This document shows positions 53,418 through 61,425 of a stretch of 64,000 nucleotides of DNA, one piece after another. The notes under the pieces were generated by a model that ran no database searches, was not told the DNA's origin, and saw nothing but the letters and a program-made list of their open reading frames with translations. The position numbers and the translations under genes are program-made. The DNA is from a virus: the IMG/VR virus record IMGVR_UViG_3300033047_000016; one strand, 5' to 3'. Within the stretch, counting starts at the first letter, position 1. Each line of letters begins with the position of its first letter.

Positions 53418-54163
53418 TGTCTGCCTATAAATGGCATAAAGCGGCAATCGCAGACGAAGCGTCCCGATACAGGAATCGGGGTGCCTTCCGCATGGGGAGT
53501 AAACAGGCGTACGAAGCAGCCCGTCGCCAAAATATATTGGAAGAAATGTGTTCACACATGGCACCACCACAATATAAACGAAATGTAGATGATGTAATTA
53601 CTGCCGCTAAACCGTATAATACAATGTCTGAATTCATTGCAGAATGCCCCAAAGATTACGACAGTGCTAGGAAAAATGGTTGGCTTGCTGTTATACGGGT
53701 GGGAATGGAACCAGCCACATTACCTTGGACCGAAAATAGAATTAGAGAATCGGCGTTTACCTGTGAATCTAGAATGGAATTTAAACATGAATATTATGGG
53801 GGATACCAAGCCGCCCAACGCTTAAATATTTTAGATAGCGTCTGCGCTCACATGATTAAAAAACCAAAGGTCCATGTGTATATGTACGCTGATACTGTCA
53901 ATGCTTATGTAGGTATATCTGGATACCCCGATTCCTATAGACATCAAGATCATAAAAGAAGAAACGATGCAGTCGGAGAATTAACGCGTTCAGTTAGCTT
54001 AGTAATATTGACTAAAGATAAAATTCCGTGGGCGGAAGCCCGTGAATTGGAAAAGAATACAATAATACAAATGGCAAAAACACATAGAATTCTTAATATC
54101 CAAGATAATCCACAGAGGAAAGGTCATGATAAGTTTTACGCTGTACAAGCAAGTAGATGTTGA
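53417..54163 (+). mobile_element. free-standing GIY-YIG-type endonuclease with N-terminal helical repeats
   Basis: Three R..F...Y.AA.R...L...C.HM-type repeats; VYMY...AYVGIS...RHQDH...A.ELE...LN; AT-rich. Confidence 0.7.
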
Positions 54164-54386
54164 ATGCAAATGGTGTGACAAATCTGTCACACTAATCCAC
54201 TCATATGGCTTGGAGTGCGACGTGCGCCCGCTGACGCGGGAGAAGCTGTTAGTGTGGGCAGAGAAAGCCCACATGAAGACAGTGCCAATCATTTATCACG
54301 GTATGCGCCTCGTCGGTGGGTTCGACCAGTTGGAAAGTTACATCGACAATATAAGAGGCCAAAGATGGCCGGTAAACCGCCGCTGA
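54126..54386 (+). CDS. glutaredoxin-like protein
   Basis: CKWC, TVPII and VGGFDQL motifs. Confidence 0.85.
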   Translation: MISFTLYKQVDVECKWCDKSVTLIHSYGLECDVRPLTREKLLVWAEKAHMKTVPIIYHGMRLVGGFDQLESYIDNIRGQRWPVNRR

Positions 54387-54458
54387 CGCGGCTTATGGGT
54401 CATGTATGGCCCATTACACCGTCATATGGTTCACGTGTGACGCAATAAGGAGACTATC

Positions 54459-54557
54459 ATGTTGACAACCATTCTATGTGTCGTAGCATTTTTGGCGGGA
54501 CTGTACTTGGGTCCTGCGGCTGAAGATGTCCTCAACTCAATCACCAATAAGAATTAG
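54459..54557 (+). CDS. small membrane peptide (32 aa)
   Basis: AAGGAG RBS; MLTTILCVVAFLAGLYLG... Confidence 0.5.
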   Translation: MLTTILCVVAFLAGLYLGPAAEDVLNSITNKN

Positions 54558-54566
54558 GATACTATC

Positions 54567-55019
54567 ATGCTAAATATTCCCGACAATGTCCCAACAAAGT
54601 TATTGACTGTGGGGGCGAAACTTCCAACTTACGGTAGCGCTGAAGCCGCAGGCATGGACTTGTACGCCGACTTTACAAACGAAAATACGGAGTCGATTGT
54701 CTTAACACCCGGCACACGAAAACTGTTCAAGGTAGGGATCGCCGTGCAAATGCCACAAGGGGTATATGGACGCATTGCTCCGCGTTCTGGCATGGCATAC
54801 AAGCACGGCATTGACGTAATGGCTGGTGTCATTGACAGCGATTACCGGGGCGAAATCGGTGTCATTCTGATCAATCACGGAGACGCAAACTACTGTGTTG
54901 GACACGGCGACAGGATCGCTCAGATGATTATTACCCCGTATATTCGCGGGGATATATTTTCGTCGGAATTGACCGAAACGGAACGTGGTGGCGGAAAATA
55001 CGGGAGTACCGGTAAATGA
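54567..55019 (+). CDS. dut: dUTPase (trimeric)
   Basis: AAGMDL, IAPRSG, GVIDSDYRGE, GDRIAQ and RGGGKYGSTG motifs. Confidence 0.96.
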   Translation: MLNIPDNVPTKLLTVGAKLPTYGSAEAAGMDLYADFTNENTESIVLTPGTRKLFKVGIAVQMPQGVYGRIAPRSGMAYKHGIDVMAGVIDSDYRGEIGVILINHGDANYCVGHGDRIAQMIITPYIRGDIFSSELTETERGGGKYGSTGK

Positions 55020-55022
55020 AAT

Positions 55023-55050
55023 AGGCCCGCGTCAGCGGGCCTTTTCTTTT
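55023..55050 (+). terminator. intrinsic terminator at the convergence point
   Basis: AGGCCCGC-GTCA-GCGGGCCT followed by TTTCTTTT. Confidence 0.8.
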
Positions 55051-55343
55051 GCTGTTTGATTAAAATCATCTATAATACTGATCGTCGTACGCAAGTCACG
55101 TTTACAGTGCTCAGCCATTTGCGTCAGCGACACTAAATGAATAGCCACGTCCCGTTGCGTTATCTCTGGATCGTCTGGATCAGGTGCCAACGGTAACTGC
55201 GGACAGCTTCTGTTCTGCGGTGGAATTGTTATCTCAGCGATATGCGTCTGTACCAATGGTCCATTTTGTCCAGTACAAGCGGACAAACTAGCGGTGACGC
55301 AAAGCGCGAAGAGTATTTTCGAGAACTGGGGCAATAGCACCAT
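55032..55343 (-). CDS. o-spanin (Rz1-like lipoprotein)
   Basis: Lipobox SLSAC, Pro-rich, overlaps the i-spanin 3' end. Confidence 0.75.
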   Translation of the reverse strand: MVLLPQFSKILFALCVTASLSACTGQNGPLVQTHIAEITIPPQNRSCPQLPLAPDPDDPEITQRDVAIHLVSLTQMAEHCKRDLRTTISIIDDFNQTAKEKAR

Positions 55344-55656
55344 CGTCTTCATCCCTTGCACGTATGGCATCGTCACTTATCTGACGCAATTCTCCCTCAC
55401 GGCGTTCGGCTTCAAGCCGCGCCAACTCAGAGATTGCTGCCGTGCGGTGCATTTGCTCTGTTAGGGCTTTCTGGGTGGATATTTCACCTTCCTGAATTTG
55501 GATGGTGATCGCTTGCTCCGCAACTATGCGGGCATTATCTACGGCGGTGTTCACAAATGAAACTACCTGTATCATAAGGAATCCAGCAATCAAAGCTCCT
55601 GCCAAATACATGAGCTTCTTGGGGCTGGAAAAGAATCCTATGATCGTTAGTAACAT
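55288..55656 (-). CDS. i-spanin (Rz-like)
   Basis: N-terminal TM, coiled coil, DGAIAPVL C-terminus; GAGG RBS. Confidence 0.75.
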   Translation of the reverse strand: MLLTIIGFFSSPKKLMYLAGALIAGFLMIQVVSFVNTAVDNARIVAEQAITIQIQEGEISTQKALTEQMHRTAAISELARLEAERREGELRQISDDAIRARDEDDGAIAPVLENTLRALRHR

Positions 55657-55669
55657 AGCCGCCTCGTGA

Positions 55670-55939
55670 TTAATCTTTGGATTTAAGCATATTCCCGATG
55701 CCGCCATTGTAGTCAATGACAGAACCTGTAACATATGCTGCAACAGTTGTCAACACCAACGTTGATGCTGCGCCCATGTACAATTCCATAACAGGTCCAG
55801 TTACAATCCAACCGAAACCAGACATGGCAGCAAAAATGGCCATGGTACCAAGACAGAATAACGTCACACGAGATATGAATCGGTGGCGTCTTGCCCGGTC
55901 AACCGGTTGCTGAATTGATATTTCTGCTATTTCTGTCAC
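55670..55939 (-). CDS. putative holin
   Basis: Two TM segments within the lysis cluster. Confidence 0.55.
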   Translation of the reverse strand: MTEIAEISIQQPVDRARRHRFISRVTLFCLGTMAIFAAMSGFGWIVTGPVMELYMGAASTLVLTTVAAYVTGSVIDYNGGIGNMLKSKD

Positions 55940-56421
55940 GCCTTTGGCCTCGGTGGTTTCTTCGTTTTTGGTGGGCGCAGTTTGCTTGGATTACATCGCT
56001 GCCCCGGAGCACCGTTTTCAGGAACACCCCTCAACGCTAATTCCATACGGATCATTGCACCCTCTAATAGCGAGGATATCACGCTTACGTCTATCGAGTC
56101 CACCTTTGCATCGGCGTTCATTTTGTCGATACTGTCGGTGCCTGTTTCTTCTGCCACTAACAGAAGTCCGGTTGCCTGTGACGTCGCTTGAAGTGTATCG
56201 GTAGCCTTCTTCACGAATTGGTTATATTCTACAATGTGCGGCCACACGGCTCCACAAGGATGCGCGGCATGCACAGATTTTAATGTTTCATCTGCCGCAC
56301 CTAACGCCGCACGGGCATAATCGTATGCTGCAACTTGAAGTGTTGCCTTGACGTTTATCAAGGTCATGCGAATTGCCGCTACGTCTTTTTCACTGCTTCC
56401 GAGTATTGTGTTGATGTCCAT
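55936..56421 (-). CDS. hypothetical protein
   Basis: ORF in the lysis cluster; start taken at MDINTILG. Confidence 0.55.
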   Translation of the reverse strand: MDINTILGSSEKDVAAIRMTLINVKATLQVAAYDYARAALGAADETLKSVHAAHPCGAVWPHIVEYNQFVKKATDTLQATSQATGLLLVAEETGTDSIDKMNADAKVDSIDVSVISSLLEGAMIRMELALRGVPENGAPGQRCNPSKLRPPKTKKPPRPKA

Positions 56422-56720
56422 GATTGCCTTTCCAGCTTTTCTACGCGGTGAAGAGATTCCGCACAATGATCGTATTCTTTGAACCAAAATATGGCGTCGG
56501 TAATTATTTCCAGTGCCTTCCAGACGAAACGGTACTTATGGCGCTCCCGTACATGGAAGCCGATGCAGGAAGATAATGTTGGCCCCCACGCTCCACCCAT
56601 AATCATGAAGTGAACCCATTGCGACACTACTGCGATTATGTCTTCCCAAGGAATTCCTTGTTGTCGGACCCGCGCTACAGTTATGCCAAAAAGAATTATA
56701 AGGAGCGCAAGCCAGATCAT
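56379..56720 (-). CDS. membrane protein
   Basis: N-terminal TM; TLSS...D.IFW....HC.ES. Confidence 0.6.
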   Translation of the reverse strand: MIWLALLIILFGITVARVRQQGIPWEDIIAVVSQWVHFMIMGGAWGPTLSSCIGFHVRERHKYRFVWKALEIITDAIFWFKEYDHCAESLHRVEKLERQSWTSTQYSEAVKKT

Positions 56721-56731
56721 TTAAGTCTCCG

Positions 56732-57538
56732 TCAGATTTTTCTGAGGTAGGCTTCGTGCACCCACCCATCATCATTTCCATTCAAGTCTATGCGACGCCA
56801 ACTGCCCCTCGCATCCACTACTCCAACAATATCTCCACGATGCACAGAATTTATTACACTGAAATTGGTTCCCGGCCCTTGGCGAACGTTTAAGGAACCT
56901 GCGGTGACCTGATAAGCGTCTGTAGTGTCCTCACGAGGCTCAGAGAGGGTCAACAGGCGCTTGTAGCGGTCCATTGGAAACATGGGTCCCGGATCAGTCT
57001 TCCAGCCGCGTGTGTCAATCTCTTCATGCGATACTATGTCAATGATACCATACTCAGAGATAATGTCACGCGTCAAAGCTTCAACGGCTTCAAGTTGTTT
57101 GTCTGGATATTCTGGCCACCAGAATGTACCACTACCTACACGAGAATTTGTGTACGCCCCCATCCTTGGCATGTCAGATTCTTTACGGCGGATATTGTCG
57201 CGGAAATATGTTGTCCCACTTTTTCTGAACCATCCGGCGTTGACAATCTCGATCCCGATGGAATACTGATTCAGACCATTATACCCCATGTGCCGTGATG
57301 GTCCAGCATGCCACGCTGCAACGTTATACGGAACGTGTTGGTACACGGTACCATCAAGATCAACTGTCAACTGCGCGCTGACGCGTGACGACTTAGATTC
57401 AAAAGTTGACACGGCACTTGCTGCCGTGAACCCAGCGGTATAGTGCATGACAATAAACTTCGGAACAATTGGTCCACTGAAATTTGGCGATGGCTTCTGA
57501 ATCGCGTACGTTACTTTGTGATCTTTTATATATGACAT
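56732..57538 (-). CDS. endolysin: N-acetylmuramoyl-L-alanine amidase (Amidase_2) plus SH3
   Basis: VMHYTA, AWHAG.S, SIGIEIVN, HEEI...KTDPGP; LNVRQGPG...GWV. Confidence 0.93.
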   Translation of the reverse strand: MSYIKDHKVTYAIQKPSPNFSGPIVPKFIVMHYTAGFTAASAVSTFESKSSRVSAQLTVDLDGTVYQHVPYNVAAWHAGPSRHMGYNGLNQYSIGIEIVNAGWFRKSGTTYFRDNIRRKESDMPRMGAYTNSRVGSGTFWWPEYPDKQLEAVEALTRDIISEYGIIDIVSHEEIDTRGWKTDPGPMFPMDRYKRLLTLSEPREDTTDAYQVTAGSLNVRQGPGTNFSVINSVHRGDIVGVVDARGSWRRIDLNGNDDGWVHEAYLRKI

Positions 57539-57556
57539 GAGTCTTCTCCTGTAGAA

Positions 57557-58507
57557 TTAAGCCGACGCAATTAAACCGACTTCTGCGGCGTTTACACCTG
57601 TCTGATCCCAAGCCAAGGAATCTGAAGGGTCCAACTCAAAGTTTTCAATGTAGTTTTCCACACTTGTACTCAGAGTTTGTGCCGCCCCATCATAATCCGT
57701 GGAGCCTATTCTTAACGTCTGTTTTAACGTTTGTGGTGCGCCAGAACCAGCCGAAGCTCGACAATTAAGAACCACTGCTGCTATACTACTACCACTACTA
57801 TAGGTGTCCATATTGGCTGATTGTCTGTCGGTTGCAGTGTCAGTGAACATGCTGGTAGCATCATCATCATCACCCAAATCAGCCACGGCCCCGGACCAAG
57901 CCGTGTAATTACCAGCGGTGGATGGATCAATGCGATCAACGCGTGCATTTCTAGTATTGTCAGCCGCCACTAAAAATTCAGACATGTTGAATAATCCATT
58001 ATCTATTTGATTAAATTCAAGACGTCTCCCTACCCCCAAACCTCCCGTATTCAACGCTGTGGCTGTTGATTGTAGTGCTTGCCCTAAATAGTATTCCAAA
58101 GTTATACCACTACCATTAACCGTAAGTTTTAGGTCAAATTCTAATATAGAGGCATTACCAATAACTCCAGCAAAAGCCCCCGTAACAGTTGTATCTCCGT
58201 ATACTTTTGCCCCAAACAGTCCATCAAGCAGGTCAACTTCAGCTATGATGGTTCCACCAGAATCTTTTATGACACACATCGAACCATCGTCCAAAACATC
58301 CAGTGAACTGTTAAACTTCGCACGCCAATGATACCAAACAACATCACCCGAAGGAGCTAAATGGTTACTCTTCATAGGTGTATTTGTATTGTTTGGCATT
58401 TCTATAGCATATGGAACCCTAGCACTGTCATAATTAACTGCGGTCGTGTTTGTGGCTGGGGAATTTCCCCAGTCGGTTTTGTTATTTGATGCAAAAAGTA
58501 CTTCCAT
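57557..58507 (-). CDS. virion/tail protein
   Basis: Beta-rich Gly/Thr/Ser composition; DPS...AW....VNA.EVG C-terminus; tail cluster. Confidence 0.65.
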   Translation of the reverse strand: MEVLFASNNKTDWGNSPATNTTAVNYDSARVPYAIEMPNNTNTPMKSNHLAPSGDVVWYHWRAKFNSSLDVLDDGSMCVIKDSGGTIIAEVDLLDGLFGAKVYGDTTVTGAFAGVIGNASILEFDLKLTVNGSGITLEYYLGQALQSTATALNTGGLGVGRRLEFNQIDNGLFNMSEFLVAADNTRNARVDRIDPSTAGNYTAWSGAVADLGDDDDATSMFTDTATDRQSANMDTYSSGSSIAAVVLNCRASAGSGAPQTLKQTLRIGSTDYDGAAQTLSTSVENYIENFELDPSDSLAWDQTGVNAAEVGLIASA

Positions 58508-58514
58508 AGTGTCC

Positions 58515-59375
58515 TCAATTAGTTATAACGTATACGGTTTGTTCGTGTGCAGATTGGTGGTCCTTTACACCGAATCCAGTAATTACATATGTAGACTGTT
58601 CTCGTACGGCTTGATTATCCTTCTGTGCAATGCCTGCAACAGCATATACACTTTGGATGTGCACTCTTTGTATAATGTCTACGGGTGCGGAATTCACAGA
58701 CACTAAGACACCGGCCTGTCCATCGGTTACGCTTTGTGTAATGGTGGCAGTCCCAGTAGCAGCAGCCGTTTCAAGGGGTCTCGTTCCGAAGGTAAGACCT
58801 ATTCCGACAGTTCCCCCAATTCCTATTTCACTTTGTTTTGTATATCCGGCTGGGTACCCAAATGGGGCATAATCGTCCCCGTCAAACCCAACAAATGCCA
58901 ATATCAAGCTATCATTTTCCACTGTCGTAATTGAGGGTATAACAATGTCAGAAGCTCCATTAACAAACTCGTAAACTCCCATTATACCCATTACCACACT
59001 TATTGTCGCGTGTGACAAGTGGATCATGAATCCGGCCCTATTTACGGAGGTTCCAGTAGAAGCCTCCAAAGCCATGGTACCAGTTTCAGTGCCGTTGGCA
59101 ATCCTTGAATAGATATTAACCACATTGTCGGATACTCCATTCCCTCCAGACCCTTCTAGTACCCATCCAACAGGAGTAGAATACTGGTTTACGCCGGAAG
59201 ATGAATCGGTAGCAGCGCCAATTAGCAGTAAATCTCCAGAAGAAATACTGGGTGGATATGTTAGAACAAGATCACTCGTGGAAAAACCCAGAACATTCGA
59301 TGTGAAGGCCATGTCTGGGATGTCTGCGCCGCCGCCTAAAACGGTTTTGGAGCCAGCGATTATACCAAGAAACAT
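58515..59375 (-). CDS. tail fibre/adhesin-like protein
   Basis: MFLGIIA start; P.....GDLLL...TPVGW motif. Confidence 0.65.
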   Translation of the reverse strand: MFLGIIAGSKTVLGGGADIPDMAFTSNVLGFSTSDLVLTYPPSISSGDLLLIGAATDSSSGVNQYSTPVGWVLEGSGGNGVSDNVVNIYSRIANGTETGTMALEASTGTSVNRAGFMIHLSHATISVVMGIMGVYEFVNGASDIVIPSITTVENDSLILAFVGFDGDDYAPFGYPAGYTKQSEIGIGGTVGIGLTFGTRPLETAAATGTATITQSVTDGQAGVLVSVNSAPVDIIQRVHIQSVYAVAGIAQKDNQAVREQSTYVITGFGVKDHQSAHEQTVYVITN

Positions 59376-61366
59376 TATGCCCTGTCTCCCATCAATGTCG
59401 CCTCAGTGCCTGACTTGAATTTGATTGCAACAACTGAGTATTGACCATTGGTGGCAATTAACGCTCCGTTGGATCGTAGAGTAAATCCAGCGCCTGCGGT
59501 TACGGTGATAACACCAGTACCGTTTTGCTCCAGAGTTATTTCATCATCGGCAGAAAATATTCCAGTATTCAAGGTTACCGTAATGGCACCAGCGTTTGTG
59601 AATTCGATCCAATCGCCGATATCTCCGGCAGCAAGAACGCGCGCGGTTGTGGCGTCTGTAGTTATACTGCTTGAAGCGCCGCCGCCCGGAATGGTTACGG
59701 TTGCAACTCCGGCAGTGTCTGTTGCTGTTACGCCTGCGCCAACAAAGTTTATTGCCGTTGGTGCCGCAGTGACCGTTGATCCTTCTTCTTGAACGGGTAC
59801 GTCAACGTTGCCCGGAATTGTTATATCAACACCGTTGGCACCATCAACTGTTACGACAACACCAGCACCAATGAAATCGAAGGCCAATGGGTCAGCCTCG
59901 ATCACGGTGCCTTCGTCTTTAACCGATGGCGCAATTATGTCAACTGTAGCAACCCCAGAAACATCACTGATCGACACACTGCTCCTAGTGATGAAGTTTA
60001 ATACTGTGGCCCCAGTTACCACATCTACCGCACCAGACTGAACATCAATACCAGAACCACCACCCGGAATGGTTACCGTGGCAACGCCAGCCGTGTCAGT
60101 TGCAGTAACACCAGCGCCAACGAAGTTGATCGCGGTAGGTGAGGCGGTGACAGTCGCACCTTCTTCTTGAACCGGTACAGCAGCGGCCCCAGCCGGAATG
60201 GTCACAGTAGCAACACCGGCAATGTCAGTCGCCGTGACGCCAGCGCCAACGAAGTTGATCGCGGTAGGTGCGGCGGTGACAGTCGCACCCTCTTCTTGGA
60301 CCGGTACAGCAGCGGCACCAGCCGGAATGGTCACAGTAGCAACACCGGCAATGTCAGTCGCTGTGACTCCCGCACCAACAAAGTTGATTGCCGTGGGTGC
60401 CGCAGTTACAGTAGAACCCTCTTCTTGTACCGGTACAGCGGCGGCACCCGCCGGAATGGTCACAGTAGCAACACCGGCAATGTCAGTCGCCGTGACGCCA
60501 GCGCCAACGAAGTTGATCGCGGTAGGTGCGGCGGTGACAGTAGAACCCTCTTCTTGGACAGGCACGTCCACGTTGCCAGCAATGGCAATCTGTGTGACGT
60601 CAGCAGATGGATTCGTAGTGACAACGCCCGCGCCAGTGAAGTTCATCGTATCTGTCGCCACGACAATCTGAACACCATCGTCTTGGGTCTCGATAGCGGA
60701 CCCACCACCCGGAATGGTTACAGTCGCAACTCCGGCAGTGTCTGTAGCTGTGACGCCAGCCCCAACAAAGTTAATTGCCGTGGGCGTCGCAGTGACCGTG
60801 GCACCCTCTTCTTGGACAGGAACATCAACGTTTCCGGGGATTGTGATGTCGGCACCAGTACCATCTAATGTAGCAACGACGCCAGCGCCCACGAAGTTAA
60901 TGAACGTCGGATCAGTGACTACATCAGCACCACCTTCATCCTTGACTCCCATAGAGAATCCCGACGCAGATGCTACGGCGATAATATCCAGACCGTCCGC
61001 AAACACCAGCGTGGCTTGCCCAGACGCTACCACTACTGTCGTACCTGCACCATGTGTAATGGTTATGGAATCTGTACCAGCATTATCGAAAATGATGAAC
61101 CGGTTTGTGGTGACAGTGGGTCCGCTACCAATAGTCGTTGGAATTGTCAATGTGCGTGCAACAACGCCGCCCGTCCCTCGGAATAGTTGGTAGCGAGTTA
61201 GTTGCGATTCTAGCATAGTAACGTTACCAGAAGAAAAGTCAAGCGCTACCAGACGATTCAAAGCATCGTCGAATGCTTGCATCGCTGTGTTTGAAAGAAT
61301 ATATTTATTGTTGTCATTTTCCGCCATAAGCGGAATTTGCAAGTACGATGTATTGCCTAGAGGCAT
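59375..61366 (-). CDS. tail fibre protein with ten ~43-aa repeats
   Basis: VQEEG.TV...PTAINFVGAGVTATD.AGVATVTIP repeats; Q.G.G.IT...GD C-terminal domain. Confidence 0.8.
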   Translation of the reverse strand: MPLGNTSYLQIPLMAENDNNKYILSNTAMQAFDDALNRLVALDFSSGNVTMLESQLTRYQLFRGTGGVVARTLTIPTTIGSGPTVTTNRFIIFDNAGTDSITITHGAGTTVVVASGQATLVFADGLDIIAVASASGFSMGVKDEGGADVVTDPTFINFVGAGVVATLDGTGADITIPGNVDVPVQEEGATVTATPTAINFVGAGVTATDTAGVATVTIPGGGSAIETQDDGVQIVVATDTMNFTGAGVVTTNPSADVTQIAIAGNVDVPVQEEGSTVTAAPTAINFVGAGVTATDIAGVATVTIPAGAAAVPVQEEGSTVTAAPTAINFVGAGVTATDIAGVATVTIPAGAAAVPVQEEGATVTAAPTAINFVGAGVTATDIAGVATVTIPAGAAAVPVQEEGATVTASPTAINFVGAGVTATDTAGVATVTIPGGGSGIDVQSGAVDVVTGATVLNFITRSSVSISDVSGVATVDIIAPSVKDEGTVIEADPLAFDFIGAGVVVTVDGANGVDITIPGNVDVPVQEEGSTVTAAPTAINFVGAGVTATDTAGVATVTIPGGGASSSITTDATTARVLAAGDIGDWIEFTNAGAITVTLNTGIFSADDEITLEQNGTGVITVTAGAGFTLRSNGALIATNGQYSVVAIKFKSGTEATLMGDRA
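60060..60562 (-). repeat. four near-identical 129-bp tandem repeats
   Basis: Period of 129 bp (e.g. units starting near 60171, 60300 and 60429). Confidence 0.9.
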
Positions 61367-61386
61367 GAGATTCTCCTATATGTCAT

Positions 61387-61415
61387 TTTGTACGACATGT
61401 AAACTGTGTTGTCAA
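61387..61415 (-). promoter_or_regulatory. sigma70-like promoter before the tail fibre gene
   Basis: TTGACA-N17-TACAAA; AGGAG RBS. Confidence 0.6.
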
Positions 61416-61425
61416 GGAATGACGG

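Noticed and set aside
59375-61366. Tail fibre repeats as DGR template/variable repeats
   Set aside because: No reverse transcriptase; differences between copies are mostly synonymous and not adenine-specific
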